Source of the DNA: Chiloscyllium plagiosum
Taxonomy: Eukaryota
NCBI RefSeq assembly: GCF_004010195.1
Contig: NC_057752.1
Location: forward strand, 2,916,222 to 2,980,221
Reading direction: 5' to 3'
DNA: 64,000 nt
Every line of letters starts with the position of its first letter. Position 1 is the stretch's first letter. Shown piece after piece: positions 37,635-49,200 of the stretch. Made by a program: the position numbers and the translations under genes. The notes beneath the pieces are model-generated. The model made no database searches, was not told where the DNA came from, and saw nothing but the letters and a program-made list of their open reading frames with translations.

Positions 37635-38059
37635 TCAATTTAGAGTTAATTGCTGTTCATCTATAGCCCTGAGGTTTAGATGGAGACAGCTCCAACGCAT
37701 TCTTGCAGGACTTTCACAGTCAGCTGCTAGACAAGGCTCTTGTTTCATCAGCGTGCACCCATATTTGAACAGAGGTCCTGAGGGAGGACAGTATTCCAGC
37801 AGAAGAACCTCTGAGCACTTCCCTTCATTGTTTACGTTGCTTGTCAAGCACCAATCTCCACAGAGCTGCTAGGCTCTCCTGATAAGATAGAGATGCAGCC
37901 TTGCAGGAGAGGTGTCCTATGCAATAAGGCCGACAATTGTAAGGGATAAGTTATTAAAAGTGCAGACAAGATGAGAGGAACTTTTTTAATGCTGCAAGTT
38001 GTTGTGATCTGGAATGCTTTGGCTGGAAGTAGGTTTAATATTAGCATTCAATATTTAAG

Positions 38060-38680
38060 GAAAGTATCATTTCATTGGAGGCGATCCAGAGAAGGTTCAC
38101 AAGGATGATCCCTGGTATGGAGGGATTGTGCTATCACCAAAGGCTCAACAGGCAGGGACACTAATCACGGGTTTAGAAGAATGAGAAGCATTGAAACATA
38201 TGGGATTCTTAAGGGGCTTGACAGGGTCAATGCTGAGAGGATGTTTCCCCTCTAGGAATCTACGATGAGAGGGCACAGTCTCAGAATAAAGGGGTGCCAA
38301 TTTATGACTCAGATAAGGAGGAATATTTTCTCTCAGAGGGTTGAGAGTCTTTGGAACTCTGTGCCACAGAGAGCTGTGGGAGCAGAGTCCTTGCTTATAT
38401 TTAAAGCTAAGATTGATGGTTGGGCAAATCAAGGGTTCTGGGGAAAATGTAGTCAAGTGAATGTATGGATTGTTGGATCAGCCTATTGAGTGGCAGAGCA
38501 GGCTCGAGGGGCCGAATGTTCCTATTTCTTATGGTCTTAAAAGGGAATTGGATAAATAAATGAAGGGGAGAGAGACAAATGCCAGGACGACAAGAAATGG
38601 GTCGAATTGACAGACTTTTGAAAGAGAAAGACTGCAAACAATGGGCCAAATGGCCTCCTTCCGTGCTGTAAAATTGCATG
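38060..38680 (+). mobile_element. CR1-like LINE 3' fragment(s)
   Basis: RGHSLRIKG..RRNIFSQRVESLWNSVP and CR1 tails. Confidence 0.85.
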
Positions 38681-39853
38681 AAATGATTCGATTTCCTTCA
38701 ATGTCTCTGGTTCCCTGCAGGTCAGCGACTTTGATCATTTGAGTGGATAGTGCCGACAGTCCGGCACTATAAAGGCACCCCTGTGCCAGCTGATCAGAAA
38801 TAGTATGGTGACGTAACAAGCAAAAAGAATCTGGCTCACACTGATGTACAAAGCAATCAGCTGATGATAAATGCAGTTCATGATTCCGAATGATTCTCCT
38901 TAGATGTTCATGCACTGAGTTTAAATAAGCAGGTATCCAACTTTCTAATGAAATAGCTTCTGACTTTATTGTGACAGGGCTGTCGGGTGGCTGCTTTTAT
39001 TTCATTACTGGTGCTTCAAAGCATTTAACTTCTGAGCCACTGAGTGGGATTTTAATTACTTTTATTACTAAATCATTAGTATAATAATGCACTGTGCCTC
39101 AGCGATTATCTGGAGGTGTTATGCTTTAACAGAGCAGCCAGTGCTCGCAGCAGATCTGGCATGGCAATGGTGGGACAGTCCTGGCACATCCCCCATGACG
39201 TAGCTGCGGATGAAAACAAAACAGCAGACCATGGGTTGGAGCATTACTTGTCCATGCGTGGCATGTGTGTCTGAGAACTTCTGGCCTGCCTCTCACAGGG
39301 TTGAATGAGCATTTTGTAATATTAGAAAGTAAGGTCAATCAAGCTTGGGAGAGGCAAAGTGTTTAATTTGCTGGCTCTGTCTGAATGCAGTTCGTAAGTT
39401 GAAGCAGAAATGTGTGTTTCTTCACAAGGAGAAAGTGCATGACAGAGAGCTCTGGTGCAGCACTGGCAGCCAGAGTTGGTGGCATCACGCTCTGCGAGAA
39501 ATCTCATCAGCTGCACTCCTTCCACCCCACACTGATGGAAAGCCCACTTGTTGGGTGGGTGAGCTCATGTCAATGGAAGGAGGGAGAACACTCCTTCCTA
39601 ATGGGGTGGGGGGCGGAAACAAAAAATCCAATGGGGCTTTGCTCTGGTGGCTGGCTGTAAAAGGTTACCAGCTGTCCGCTGTGGATTGAGAAGGGCACTG
39701 GCAACAGGTTTCCTGTCCAGTCTGCATGAGACACTGGGAGTGACCTAGGAGTATATCACTAACCTATAGACTGCAAGAGACACTAGGAGACTTCCAACAA
39801 TATAAAAATGGTAGCGATGCCTTAAAACTAAGAGATGAAAAAGCAATACTTGC

Positions 39854-39958
39854 ATGGCGTTTGATGTCATCCAGGCTGAGTGTTACTCCCTTGTCATTGT
39901 TGTTTCTCTTCTGTTGTTTTCCATATTTCAATATGCCACATAGTTTGTACTTCAACAC
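39854..39958 (-). CDS. ASIC1: ASIC1 penultimate coding exon (VLKYKLCGILKYGKQQKRNNNDKGVTLSLDDIKRH)
   Basis: Homologous to ASIC1 VIKHKLC...DKGVALSLDDVKRH. Acceptor ttatgttggcag, 105 nt, phase 0/0, donor CAT|GCAAGT. Confidence 0.95.
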
Positions 39959-40880
39959 CTGCCAACATAAAACACCCAGTGATCACTGACTGCTTGAAAT
40001 GACTGGAGCTTTGGTGATGCTAGATAGGTGATGGGACAGGGATTCCTTGTGCGCTTGTTCTGTCTGCCTGTGTGTATGCGCTTCTGTCTACCTATGTGCG
40101 CTCATTCTCTCTGCCTATGCATGTGCGATTGTTCTGTCTGCCCATGTATGTGTACTTTGTTGTACATTTACTTGCTCACTCACTTATCATCAGCACTTTG
40201 CATCACTGTCTGCCAGATCTAGAGAACTACCATGTCAGGGAGGAGAAGCTGTGCTGTGTTGGTCCACACAGGAGACACTGGCAGATCTTCCACTGGAGCT
40301 GAGGGCTCTTGTTGTAGAAGAATTTTGGCAGCTGCCAGAAAGCAGTATGGATTGTATCACCACGTGACCCACGTGTAAGACACACTTTTAATGGTAGCTC
40401 CAAACTAGCACCCATTAGAGTTTTGTATCTTACCAGTCATTGAATCATCATTCATCATAGACAGAAGGAAGCTGATCATACTGTGTTTCATTCATAGATT
40501 ATTGGCCCTACCCTCAATCAATGCAATGTGTCCCAAACTCCAACGTGTAAATCGCTTTCAACAACGAAGATGTCCTTAGTTTCATTTTCAATGTCACCCA
40601 CAGGAATTTCAACCCCATAAGCCAAAAAAGGTTCAGCCCACGCTACTGGACCAGTGAAACTGAGCACAGCCCTGTGAAGGAGAGAGGAGGGAGCGAACTC
40701 AGCGTCTCGCCCCATCACAGCACTGTGTGCAGCTCTGAGCTCCTTACATCCATGCTCAATCACAGGTTGAATAACAAACACAAGGATTTTTATTTACATA
40801 GAGCCTTTTACAACTTCAGGGGATCCTAATCACTTTACAGCTTACAAATGTATTCGCTGCTCTATCACAAGATAAGTGCC

Positions 40881-41001
40881 GGAAGAAGGGCTTATGCCCG
40901 AAACGTCGATTCTCCTGTTCCTTGGATGCTGCCTGATCTGCTGTGCTTTTCCAGCAACACATTTTCAGCTCTGATCTCCAGCATCTGCAGCCCTCACTTT
41001 C
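40881..41001 (+). mobile_element. Single-arm copy of Penelope-like family A
   Basis: Same sequence as the 37200-37289 arm plus the ctgatctccagcatctgcag..ctcactttc end; perfect 16-bp TSD tcacaagataagtgcc at 40865-40880/41002-41017. Confidence 0.85.
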
Positions 41002-42628
41002 TCACAAGATAAGTGCCCCAAGACAGAGACACAATGAAAGCTCGCGTGTGCTAACAAGCAATGTTGCATACAGAGACTGAAATGGTGCCACCTAGGATCA
41101 CAGTTGATTGGTCCCACTTCCACGAGCTCCTGAGACCAGCCTCTCTGTTATTCGCAGCCAAGCAGGTGTCCTTCAACCTCGACATTTCTCCTGAAACAGG
41201 AGCTGCCACACACCTTAGGAACAGCACTGTTCCTCTTCCTATTGTAGGCAGGTAGGCCCATTTTTCTATTACCACCCCAACTTCCCAGAGTTTGGGCTGC
41301 ACCTCTCCAGATTGCCTTCTCTCCAGGCAAAGTGTATTCCAGACCAGGCTCACTTCGCCAACATTTCATATCTCTGGATGCTATCCAAATTAAGGTGGAG
41401 GCTTCCTGTCAGCTTGGCTCACCCACTGCGATGCTCCATTATGCTGTTTTGTCTGGACTCAGGAAACCGGGGGAATGCCTACTAACCTCACAATAGTAGA
41501 TTCCAATGGCAAAGGGATGATTCGTTTTGAGGACAGTTTTGACTGGCTCTGCCTACGGTTAATTTACAAGGGACTGCTCGAAATCCAGTCCAAATTCGTA
41601 GAAATATCCACTGCAAATCTCATGCCTGCTGTACAAGAAGACGGAACTGCTATCTTGCTTGTTATTCTCAGCAAGTACTGGTCAGGCAACAACAAGAGAA
41701 GTCTTTATTGCCTATTCAGACTCTGATCTCAAGAGGGCAGAGAGCTGGCTTCAATGATGCACTTGAGCTAATCTTCTAACAGGATTTAGGAACTGATGAT
41801 ACCTCAGACAAAGGCCAAAGAATCCACTGCATTGTGAAGGCAATGCTTTTTAAATGGGTAAACAGCTGCATATTTAATGGATGAGAGTTGAAAAAGGGCA
41901 GACGGGTCCCTGAAGGGATGAATCGTTCTGCTTTTGGAGAGGATAGTATTTATTTCTTTGGATGAGTGCCCCTGCTGGGTAACTGGGTTGACACCACAAT
42001 AAGCATAGGCCAGATGTCAGACACCTTTTCAAGCTTAGTTATTGGGACCCCCAGCATCCCTTCAACATTCTGCTAGTCTCTGTCCACTATTTGAACCTGT
42101 CGAGCAGACGGGAGCCCAGGGACAGCAGCTGATGGAACAAGATTCGTCGCATTGGGAGCACTTTTCCACAATTGGATTTAAGGATCTGCAGAGCCTGACC
42201 CAGGAACTGTCGATGCTGACACTGTGCAGCAAATGGAGACTTTTGCCATTCCTCAGAGCTGGCTCTTTCCTGAACTTCAAAAAAAAAAGAACCTGCAGAG
42301 GCCACTTGGAAGACAAGGAAATCGCACAACGCAATTCCAAACTGTTATGGTGATACAACGGGGAAGTAGACTTGGCAGAGAAGGTTGACCAAGGGCTTCG
42401 TGAATAGCACAGCACGTTTGAGGGTGAAGTGTCTACTCCTGCTCTTAATGCTTATGCTCATCTCTAAAAATTCCAGAATCCCGCTCAAGCAAAACAGAAT
42501 CAAGCCAGTTTCTTGGACCTTGGGCCAACCTGGGAGATTTTTCCCTTGTTGTGTGATGAGCCTTTGCTCCCTTCAGTGTATTATAGCCTTATTGCAAACT
42601 GGACTCCTCTGACTTCACATAAATGGCA

Positions 42629-42949
42629 TAGGTACACAATCCTTTATCCGAAATCCGAAAAGCTCCGAATTCTTTTCGTGGTGTGTGGAGCCTCATTTTG
42701 GCGAAAAAACAGGTGACCCAACTCCACACCCACTCGAACCACGTCACTCAGATGTGTCATGATGGCGTGGCCCAGCACTGGCAGGCGCCAATTGAGTCTC
42801 AGCGCTCGTACTATTCACATGTGCATCTCCTGTGAGGTAAATTTTAAACATTTTACTGTGAAAATGTCATTTATTCCGAAATCCAAAAAATTGCGAATTC
42901 CAAAAAAAAAAGTGGCCCCAAGGATTTTGGATAAAGGATTGTATACCTG
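42629..42949. mobile_element. MITE / non-autonomous Tc1-mariner (Tigger/pogo-like) element
   Basis: ~27-bp TIRs aggta(c/t)acaatcctttatcc(g/a)aaatcc at both ends; expected TA TSD not preserved. Confidence 0.75.
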
Positions 42950-43239
42950 TTGAGTAATTTTATTATTAATCTTCAATCACAGTGCAATGCAGTCAATCTG
43001 GTTCAAATGCTACTCTTTATTCATTAAATCACAATACATGTAATGAAAGCATAGTATTTAATTGGGAAACAAATCTAGATCAAACCATACACTCACTGCT
43101 GATGAAAGCTTACTAGAGCAGATTGTATTTTAAGCATTAAAGAGGGTACAGTTTTAAACTAAAAAGATTGCACTTAAAAGGCAGGTAATGGTGCCATAGT
43201 CCCAGAGGACCACAGGGCCGCTCTCTCATTTGACAGATG

Positions 43240-43888
43240 GAGAGAGAGAAGAAAAAGACAGAGAGAGAAAGAGGGAGAGAAAAAGAGAGAAAGAAAAAAA
43301 GAGAGGAAAGAGAAAACAAAGAGAAAAGAGAGAGAAAGAAAAGAGAGAGAGTGGGAAAAAAGAGAGGGGAAAAAGTNNNNNNNNNNNNNNNNNNNNNNNN
43401 NNNNNNNNNNNNNNNNNNNNNNNNNNNNNNNNNNNNNNNNNNNNNNNNNNNNNNNNNNNNNNNNNNNNNNNNNNNNNNNNNNNNNNNNNNNNNNNNNNNN
43501 NNNNNNNNNNNNNNNNNNNNNNNNNNNNNNNNNNNNNNNNNNNNNNNNNNNNNNNNNNNNNNNNNNNNNNNNNNNNNNNNNNNNNNNNNNNNNNNNNNNN
43601 NNNNNNNNNNNNNNNNNNNNNNNNNNNNNNNNNNNNNNNNNNNNNNNNNNNNNNNNNNNNNNNNNNNNNNNNNNNNNNNNNNNNNNNNNNNNNNNNNNNN
43701 NNNNNNNNNNNNNNNNNNNNNNNNNNNNNNNGAGAAAAGAGAGAAAGAGAAAAACAGAGAATAAAAGAGACAGAATAAAAGAGAGAAAAAATAAGCAAGA
43801 CAGAGAGAGAGAGAGACAGAGAGAGAAAAAGAGAGAAAGAGAGAAAAAAGGAAAGGAAGAAAGAAAGAGAGGGAGGGAGAGACAGAGA
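43240..43888. repeat. GA-rich microsatellite flanking an assembly gap
   Basis: Directly visible. Confidence 0.95.
43377..43731. other. Assembly gap (355 N)
   Basis: Run of N. Confidence 1.
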
Positions 43889-44689
43889 TGACTGGCGGTG
43901 AGTTTAACCTTAGTTTCACCACCCCTCAAAACAAGGAGAGAGATTGAGAAGGACAGGCCTTCATGACAACCTCAGCCAGTGTGGGAATTGAAACCACACT
44001 GTTAGCATCACTGTGTTTCAAACCAGCCATTCAACCAACTGGGCTAAACATGACCACCCTTCCCACTGTTTCTCTAAGGTTTTCACCAATTTGCTGTGGT
44101 TGATTGAGTCGCTTCCAATTAGAGCCCTGATCATCTAAAAGCGATGCCACATGGGAGGAACATTTGCAAGTGAGCACAAGGCTGCGCCATGTCAGAATGG
44201 CTGGAGACAAAAAAAAGCTTCTTGCAGTGGGCTCTTGCAGTTTATAACATCGATTAAGTCCTGGAGTATATTACAACTTGTACTGTGCTGCCAGACGCCA
44301 CTTGCTCTTCACATAATTGGTTTTGTTTATTGAAGGAACAAGGGACTTGAGAAACTTGACATGACTCAATATATGCTTCTTACTTAGCCAAAAATGAATG
44401 AGACTGAGTTGATTCATCACGAGTCGTCATACAGTTGGGAATGACTTGGGACAAAGCCAATGAACAGCTTCAAGTTCCTGACTGCAATTCAATTACAGCC
44501 AACTCAAGTTTTAGAAAAAAAATATAATTATTTCAGTAGCATCTTTTTTGCAATAACTTTTTTTTTCCTGGCTGTGCTGTTTGTGGCAGTTCTGAGGAAT
44601 GGAACACAGTCTTTATATTTCCAGGTCAGGTACAGCTAATGTGCATGGTGGAGCTCCCTTCTCTCTAGTTGAATGATATGGGTACATAT

Positions 44690-45870
44690 GAACATATGGA
44701 ATAGGCCATTCGGCCCCTCAAACTTGCTCCACCATTTGATAAGATCGTGGTTGATCAGATTTTGGCCTTAACTCCATTTCCTGCCTGATCATTAATCAAG
44801 GAATAATTTATTGCAGCCTGAAAAATATTCAACCCAGCCTCCACCATTCTCTGGAGGAGAATTCCACAGACTCATTATCCCTGTTGTGAAGAGAATTTTT
44901 TTTTTCCCCAAGTCCATCTTAAATGAGAAACCCCTTATTTTTAAACTGTGTCCCCTAGTTTCAGTATCTCCCATAAGGGGAAACATCCCCTCACATTCAC
45001 TCTGTCAAGGCACTTTGAGGTCTCATATGTTTCAATAATATCACCCCTCATTCTTTCAAACTCTTGTGGATACAGACCCAATGTGTCTGACCTTTCCCCA
45101 TAAGAAAGCTCCTTTATCCCAGGAATTAGGCAAGTGAACCTTCGCCCTTCCCAAATAAACAGACCAATACTGTGCACAGTCCTGCAAAAATGGCCTCACC
45201 GATTGACCTAAACAACAGGAGAAACACTCCCCTACTTTTATAATTAATTCTTGCAATAAAGACCAACAGTCTATTTGCTTTCCCAACCTTTGCTGTGCCT
45301 GCATATTAACATTTTGCGCTTCACATACCAGGACACCCAGATCCCTCAGTTAGTTAGCCACGGATGATATGTCCCTCCCATCAAGCATTTTTTCTTCCTG
45401 GAATGTATCTTTGCTTTGTGTTTAAAACATCTCCTTAAATGCCTGCCACTGCATTTCCCAGGTAAATTTAAGCAATTTTGTCTTCATATCCTTATATTTG
45501 TTCTTATTTAAGTTTAGAACACTAGTCTTGGACTCATTCTTCTCTCCCCCAAACTGAATGAGCATTTCAATCATGTTATGATCACTGCCATCTTGGAGAA
45601 TCATTACTATGATGTTCATATTTATAAACCCTCTATATAACTTATCTTCCGGGGCTACCTTTATCAAAGTGATTCATCCGATATACATGTAGATTAAAAT
45701 CACCCATTATTATTGTACCTTCCTCACAAGCTCTCATTATTTCTTCTGAATAGTTACTGTTAGGGGGCCAACAAACAATTCCCACAAGCGACTTTTAACC
45801 TTTGCTATGTCTTATCTCTACCCAAACTGATTCCACAACTTGATTTCTGAAGCCAAGATAATTTTTCTAA
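44690..45870 (-). mobile_element. Old CR1-like LINE with internal deletions
   Basis: RGDIIETY..., ETRGHSLKIRG..., GSDHNMIE.. (endonuclease end) on the minus strand. Confidence 0.8.
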
Positions 45871-48049
45871 TAAAACAGCAACGCAGCCCTACAGTTTGGT
45901 AAGACTATGGCGACTTTGCCTTTATGAAAGTATAAATACACCAAGTGCTCACACACAAAAGAAAACAGATTTTCTGCAAGTTCCCCTCGAAGTCACTCAC
46001 CATCCTGACTTGGAAGTATATCGCTGTTCCATCAATGTCACTGGGTCAAAATCCTGGAATTCCCTTCCTCAGGGCATTATGGGTCAACCACAGCACATGG
46101 ACTGCAGCGGCTCAAGAAGGCAGCTCACCCCCACCTTCTCAAGGGGCAACTGGGGACGCGCAATAAATACTGGCCAAACCTGTGATGCTCACATCCCACG
46201 ATTTCTCAATTTAGAAAGAAATAAAATTAATAGACTGTATCCCAACTGTTGAATTTTTGGAGAGGGGATTCTAGACAATCAAACAACACTCTACAATATT
46301 CACCTATTGTCACATTTCCAGTATTCAACACTGACCCATTGTCATTTCCTCTCCTGCAGTTTCATAACTGAGATTATTCGGAGTTTATTGCAGGCCATGG
46401 TGAATTCTCATTTATCTGATGAAACATTTAGTGTTTTCAAGGGTTTAGATAGAGTTCTTATGGCTAAAGGGATCAGAGGGTAAGGGGACAAAGGGGAAAC
46501 AGAGGACTTACTGAGTTGAACGATCAACCATGATCATCTTAAACGGCGGAGTAGGCTCAAAGGGCCGAATGGCCCACTCCTGCTCCTATTTTCTCTGTTT
46601 CTCTGATGATTAGGTGGGAAAGATGCATCAAGTTGTATATTTTTACAGTTTGCTACAGTTTATGTACTTTCATGAGTAAGAACTTGTACCTCATCTGGTA
46701 CTGTTACATCAAAATGCTTTTCACTTTCAATGGAGGTGTCTTTACGTTGTATTGTGATTGCTGCAACTCTTAACCCTGTGAAAAATTGCTTGAAAGAGCG
46801 ATAGAGTCAGGAGTTAAAGAACAGCAGAAGACCATTCACTCCATTGCACTGATACTAGCTTTTGGACTGAGCTGTCTACTCAATTTCAGTTCTCCATCCT
46901 TTCCCCATATTTATTATGAGTTGCCTTTTCAAATAGTTGTTGTTGAAATGTTAACCACCTCAACAGTCACTTGCAGAAAGGCAGTGGAATAATCACTTCG
47001 AACCTCCTCTTCAGCTTTCTCGTGATCATCCTGACTGTGCAACAATTTGTTACTGACTCAAATCCAGTGGAAACTTCCCTTCATTGTTTCGTTCTGCAAA
47101 CGTTTTAGAATTAGCAACATCTGTGTTCAATCCCGAGTCTCAGAGAATGTTCTTCTGTGAGAAAAGCTCCCAACTTTTTATGTCTTTTTGCAAAATCACC
47201 AGGTCTTACTTATAGTGTCATTTGCAAAAATCATTGCGGTTCCCTTAACTAGCAATCATAACGTGGTGCCCAGAACTGGGAAGTATTCTATAACTGCAGT
47301 CTTCCATGTTGAATGCTGAAAATATCACCATTCAAAATCCAAACCAAAACCAGACTAATTCACCTTCACACTGCCTGCAGCTCAATGGAAATGAGTCTGC
47401 AAATTGTTCCAGCTCATCATTAAACACATTCTTTTACCTTTCTATCTAATTAATATCATTTGATGCTTTAATTAACTTATGACATACTGTTTAAGACAGA
47501 ATACATTATGAAACCCGAAAGATACCATTTATATCCCACTTGTGGCACCAGTTATAACTCAGGCGCTGCTCTATTACTCGCATGTTGGCACACCAGATAT
47601 AAATCATACCATATTGGTCTTCATTATCTGCTCTGCTTGCCAAGCTAGAGAAGCCTTCTGTTTCAGAGTTGCAGTGCTTGCTTCTGTTAAACAGAACAGT
47701 TCCGTACTGGCTGCCTTTAGGCTGCAAGTATTAATTAGCAACAATTTTCATCTGTCAATAATTAGCGACCCTGTTTTAGTTTTCAGCTGGTGTGTTACAC
47801 TGCCACATCTCCCAGGTGCACAACCATTAAAATTCTTCTGCTCAAAACTCTCCAAGACCTTTCCCCCATCTTCTTTCTTTGTAATTCGCCACAACCTTCT
47901 GAGATATCGCCGTTACTCTCATTCTGGCCTCTTGCGCATTCCTGATTTTATGTTCAGTTGCTTGGGTCCTGAGCTCTGAAATTCCCTCTCTAAACCGGTC
48001 CACCTCACTACTTCTCCCTCCTCCTTTAAGATGCTCCTCCTTTAAATAA

Positions 48050-49200
48050 ACAAGGCAGGCAAGAGCATGGCAGAGGGCGAGGGAAGACTGATGAATTTAA
48101 ATGCACCTATTTCAGTGCAAGAGGCCTGACAGGTAAGGCAGATGAACGTAGGGCATGGATAGGTATGTGGGACTGGGATATCATAGCTTTTACAGAAATA
48201 TGGCCAAGGGAGGGACAGGACTGGAAGCTCAACGTTCTGGGGAAGGATTGAAAGGGTGCCATGAGAGAAGGGAAAGTGGCGTTTTTGATTCGGAAAAAGA
48301 TCACAGCAGTACTTAGAGAGGATATTCCTGGGGGATCGCCCAGTGATGCTATATGGGTGGACCTGAGAAATAAGAAGGGGGTGATCACTTTGATGGGACA
48401 GTGAGAGATTGAGGAGCAGATATGAAGGGAGATCACGAATAGCTGTGAGAATAATAGGATTGTAAAGGTCGGGGATTTCAACTTTCCAAACAGACTGGCA
48501 CTGTTAAATGTGTTCAAGAAAGCTTTCTCAATCAGTATGTAGATAGGGGCAAAACTGAACCTCATCTTAGGAAATAAGGCAGGACAAGTGACTGAGGGGT
48601 TAATATGGGACCAGCAACCATAATTATATTTGTTTTAAAATAGTTAAGGAAAAGGATAGGCCTGGTCCACAAGTTCTAAGTTGTGGCAAGGCCAATTTTG
48701 ATGGTATTAGACAGGAGCTTTCAAAAATTGATTGAGGGAGGCTGTGTGCAGGTAAAGGGATGTCTGGCAAGTGGGAAGCTTTCAAACCTGAGATAAAATA
48801 AGAGTTCAGAGCCAACATGTTCCTGTTAGTGTGAAGGGTTTATAAAATCATGAAGGGCATAGATTGGGTAAATAGACAAGGTCATTCCTCCAGGGTAGGA
48901 GAATCTAAAACTCGAGGGCATAGGTTTAAGGTGAGAGGGGGAAGATTTTTAAAAGGACCAGAGAGGCAACTTTTTCACGCAAAGGATAGTGTGTGTATGG
49001 AATGAACTGCCAGAGGAAATGGTGGAGGCTGGTACAATTACAACAGTTAAAAGACATCTGGATAGGTACATGGATAGGAAAGGTTGAGAGGGATATGGGC
49101 CAAATGCAGGCAAATGGGACTAGATTAATTTAGGATATCTGATTGGCACAGACAAGTCAGGCCAAAGTGTCAGTTTTTGTGGTGGATGACTCTATGTGTC
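48050..49200 (+). mobile_element. CR1/HER1-like LINE: endonuclease region joined directly to the 3' end
   Basis: DIIAFTEIW and VGDFNFP endonuclease motifs at 48178-48490; abrupt jump at ~48837 to the ORF2 C-terminus and tail. Confidence 0.85.

Larger units (their letters stand above)
43160..44050 (-). mobile_element. tRNA-derived SINE (probably MetaSINE-like) split by an expanded GA-rich tract
   Basis: Tail 43160-43230; core gatgactggcggtgagtttaacc...gagaaggacaggccttcatg and tRNA-like head 43890-44050. Second copy at ~23742-23952. Confidence 0.55.

Noticed and set aside
39844..39849. GT donor (GTATTG) as the main ASIC1 splice site
   Set aside because: It adds 4 nt and frameshifts the highly conserved last exon.
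43137..43929. Long ORFs of 175-261 aa
   Set aside because: Artefacts of the N gap and GA repeat.
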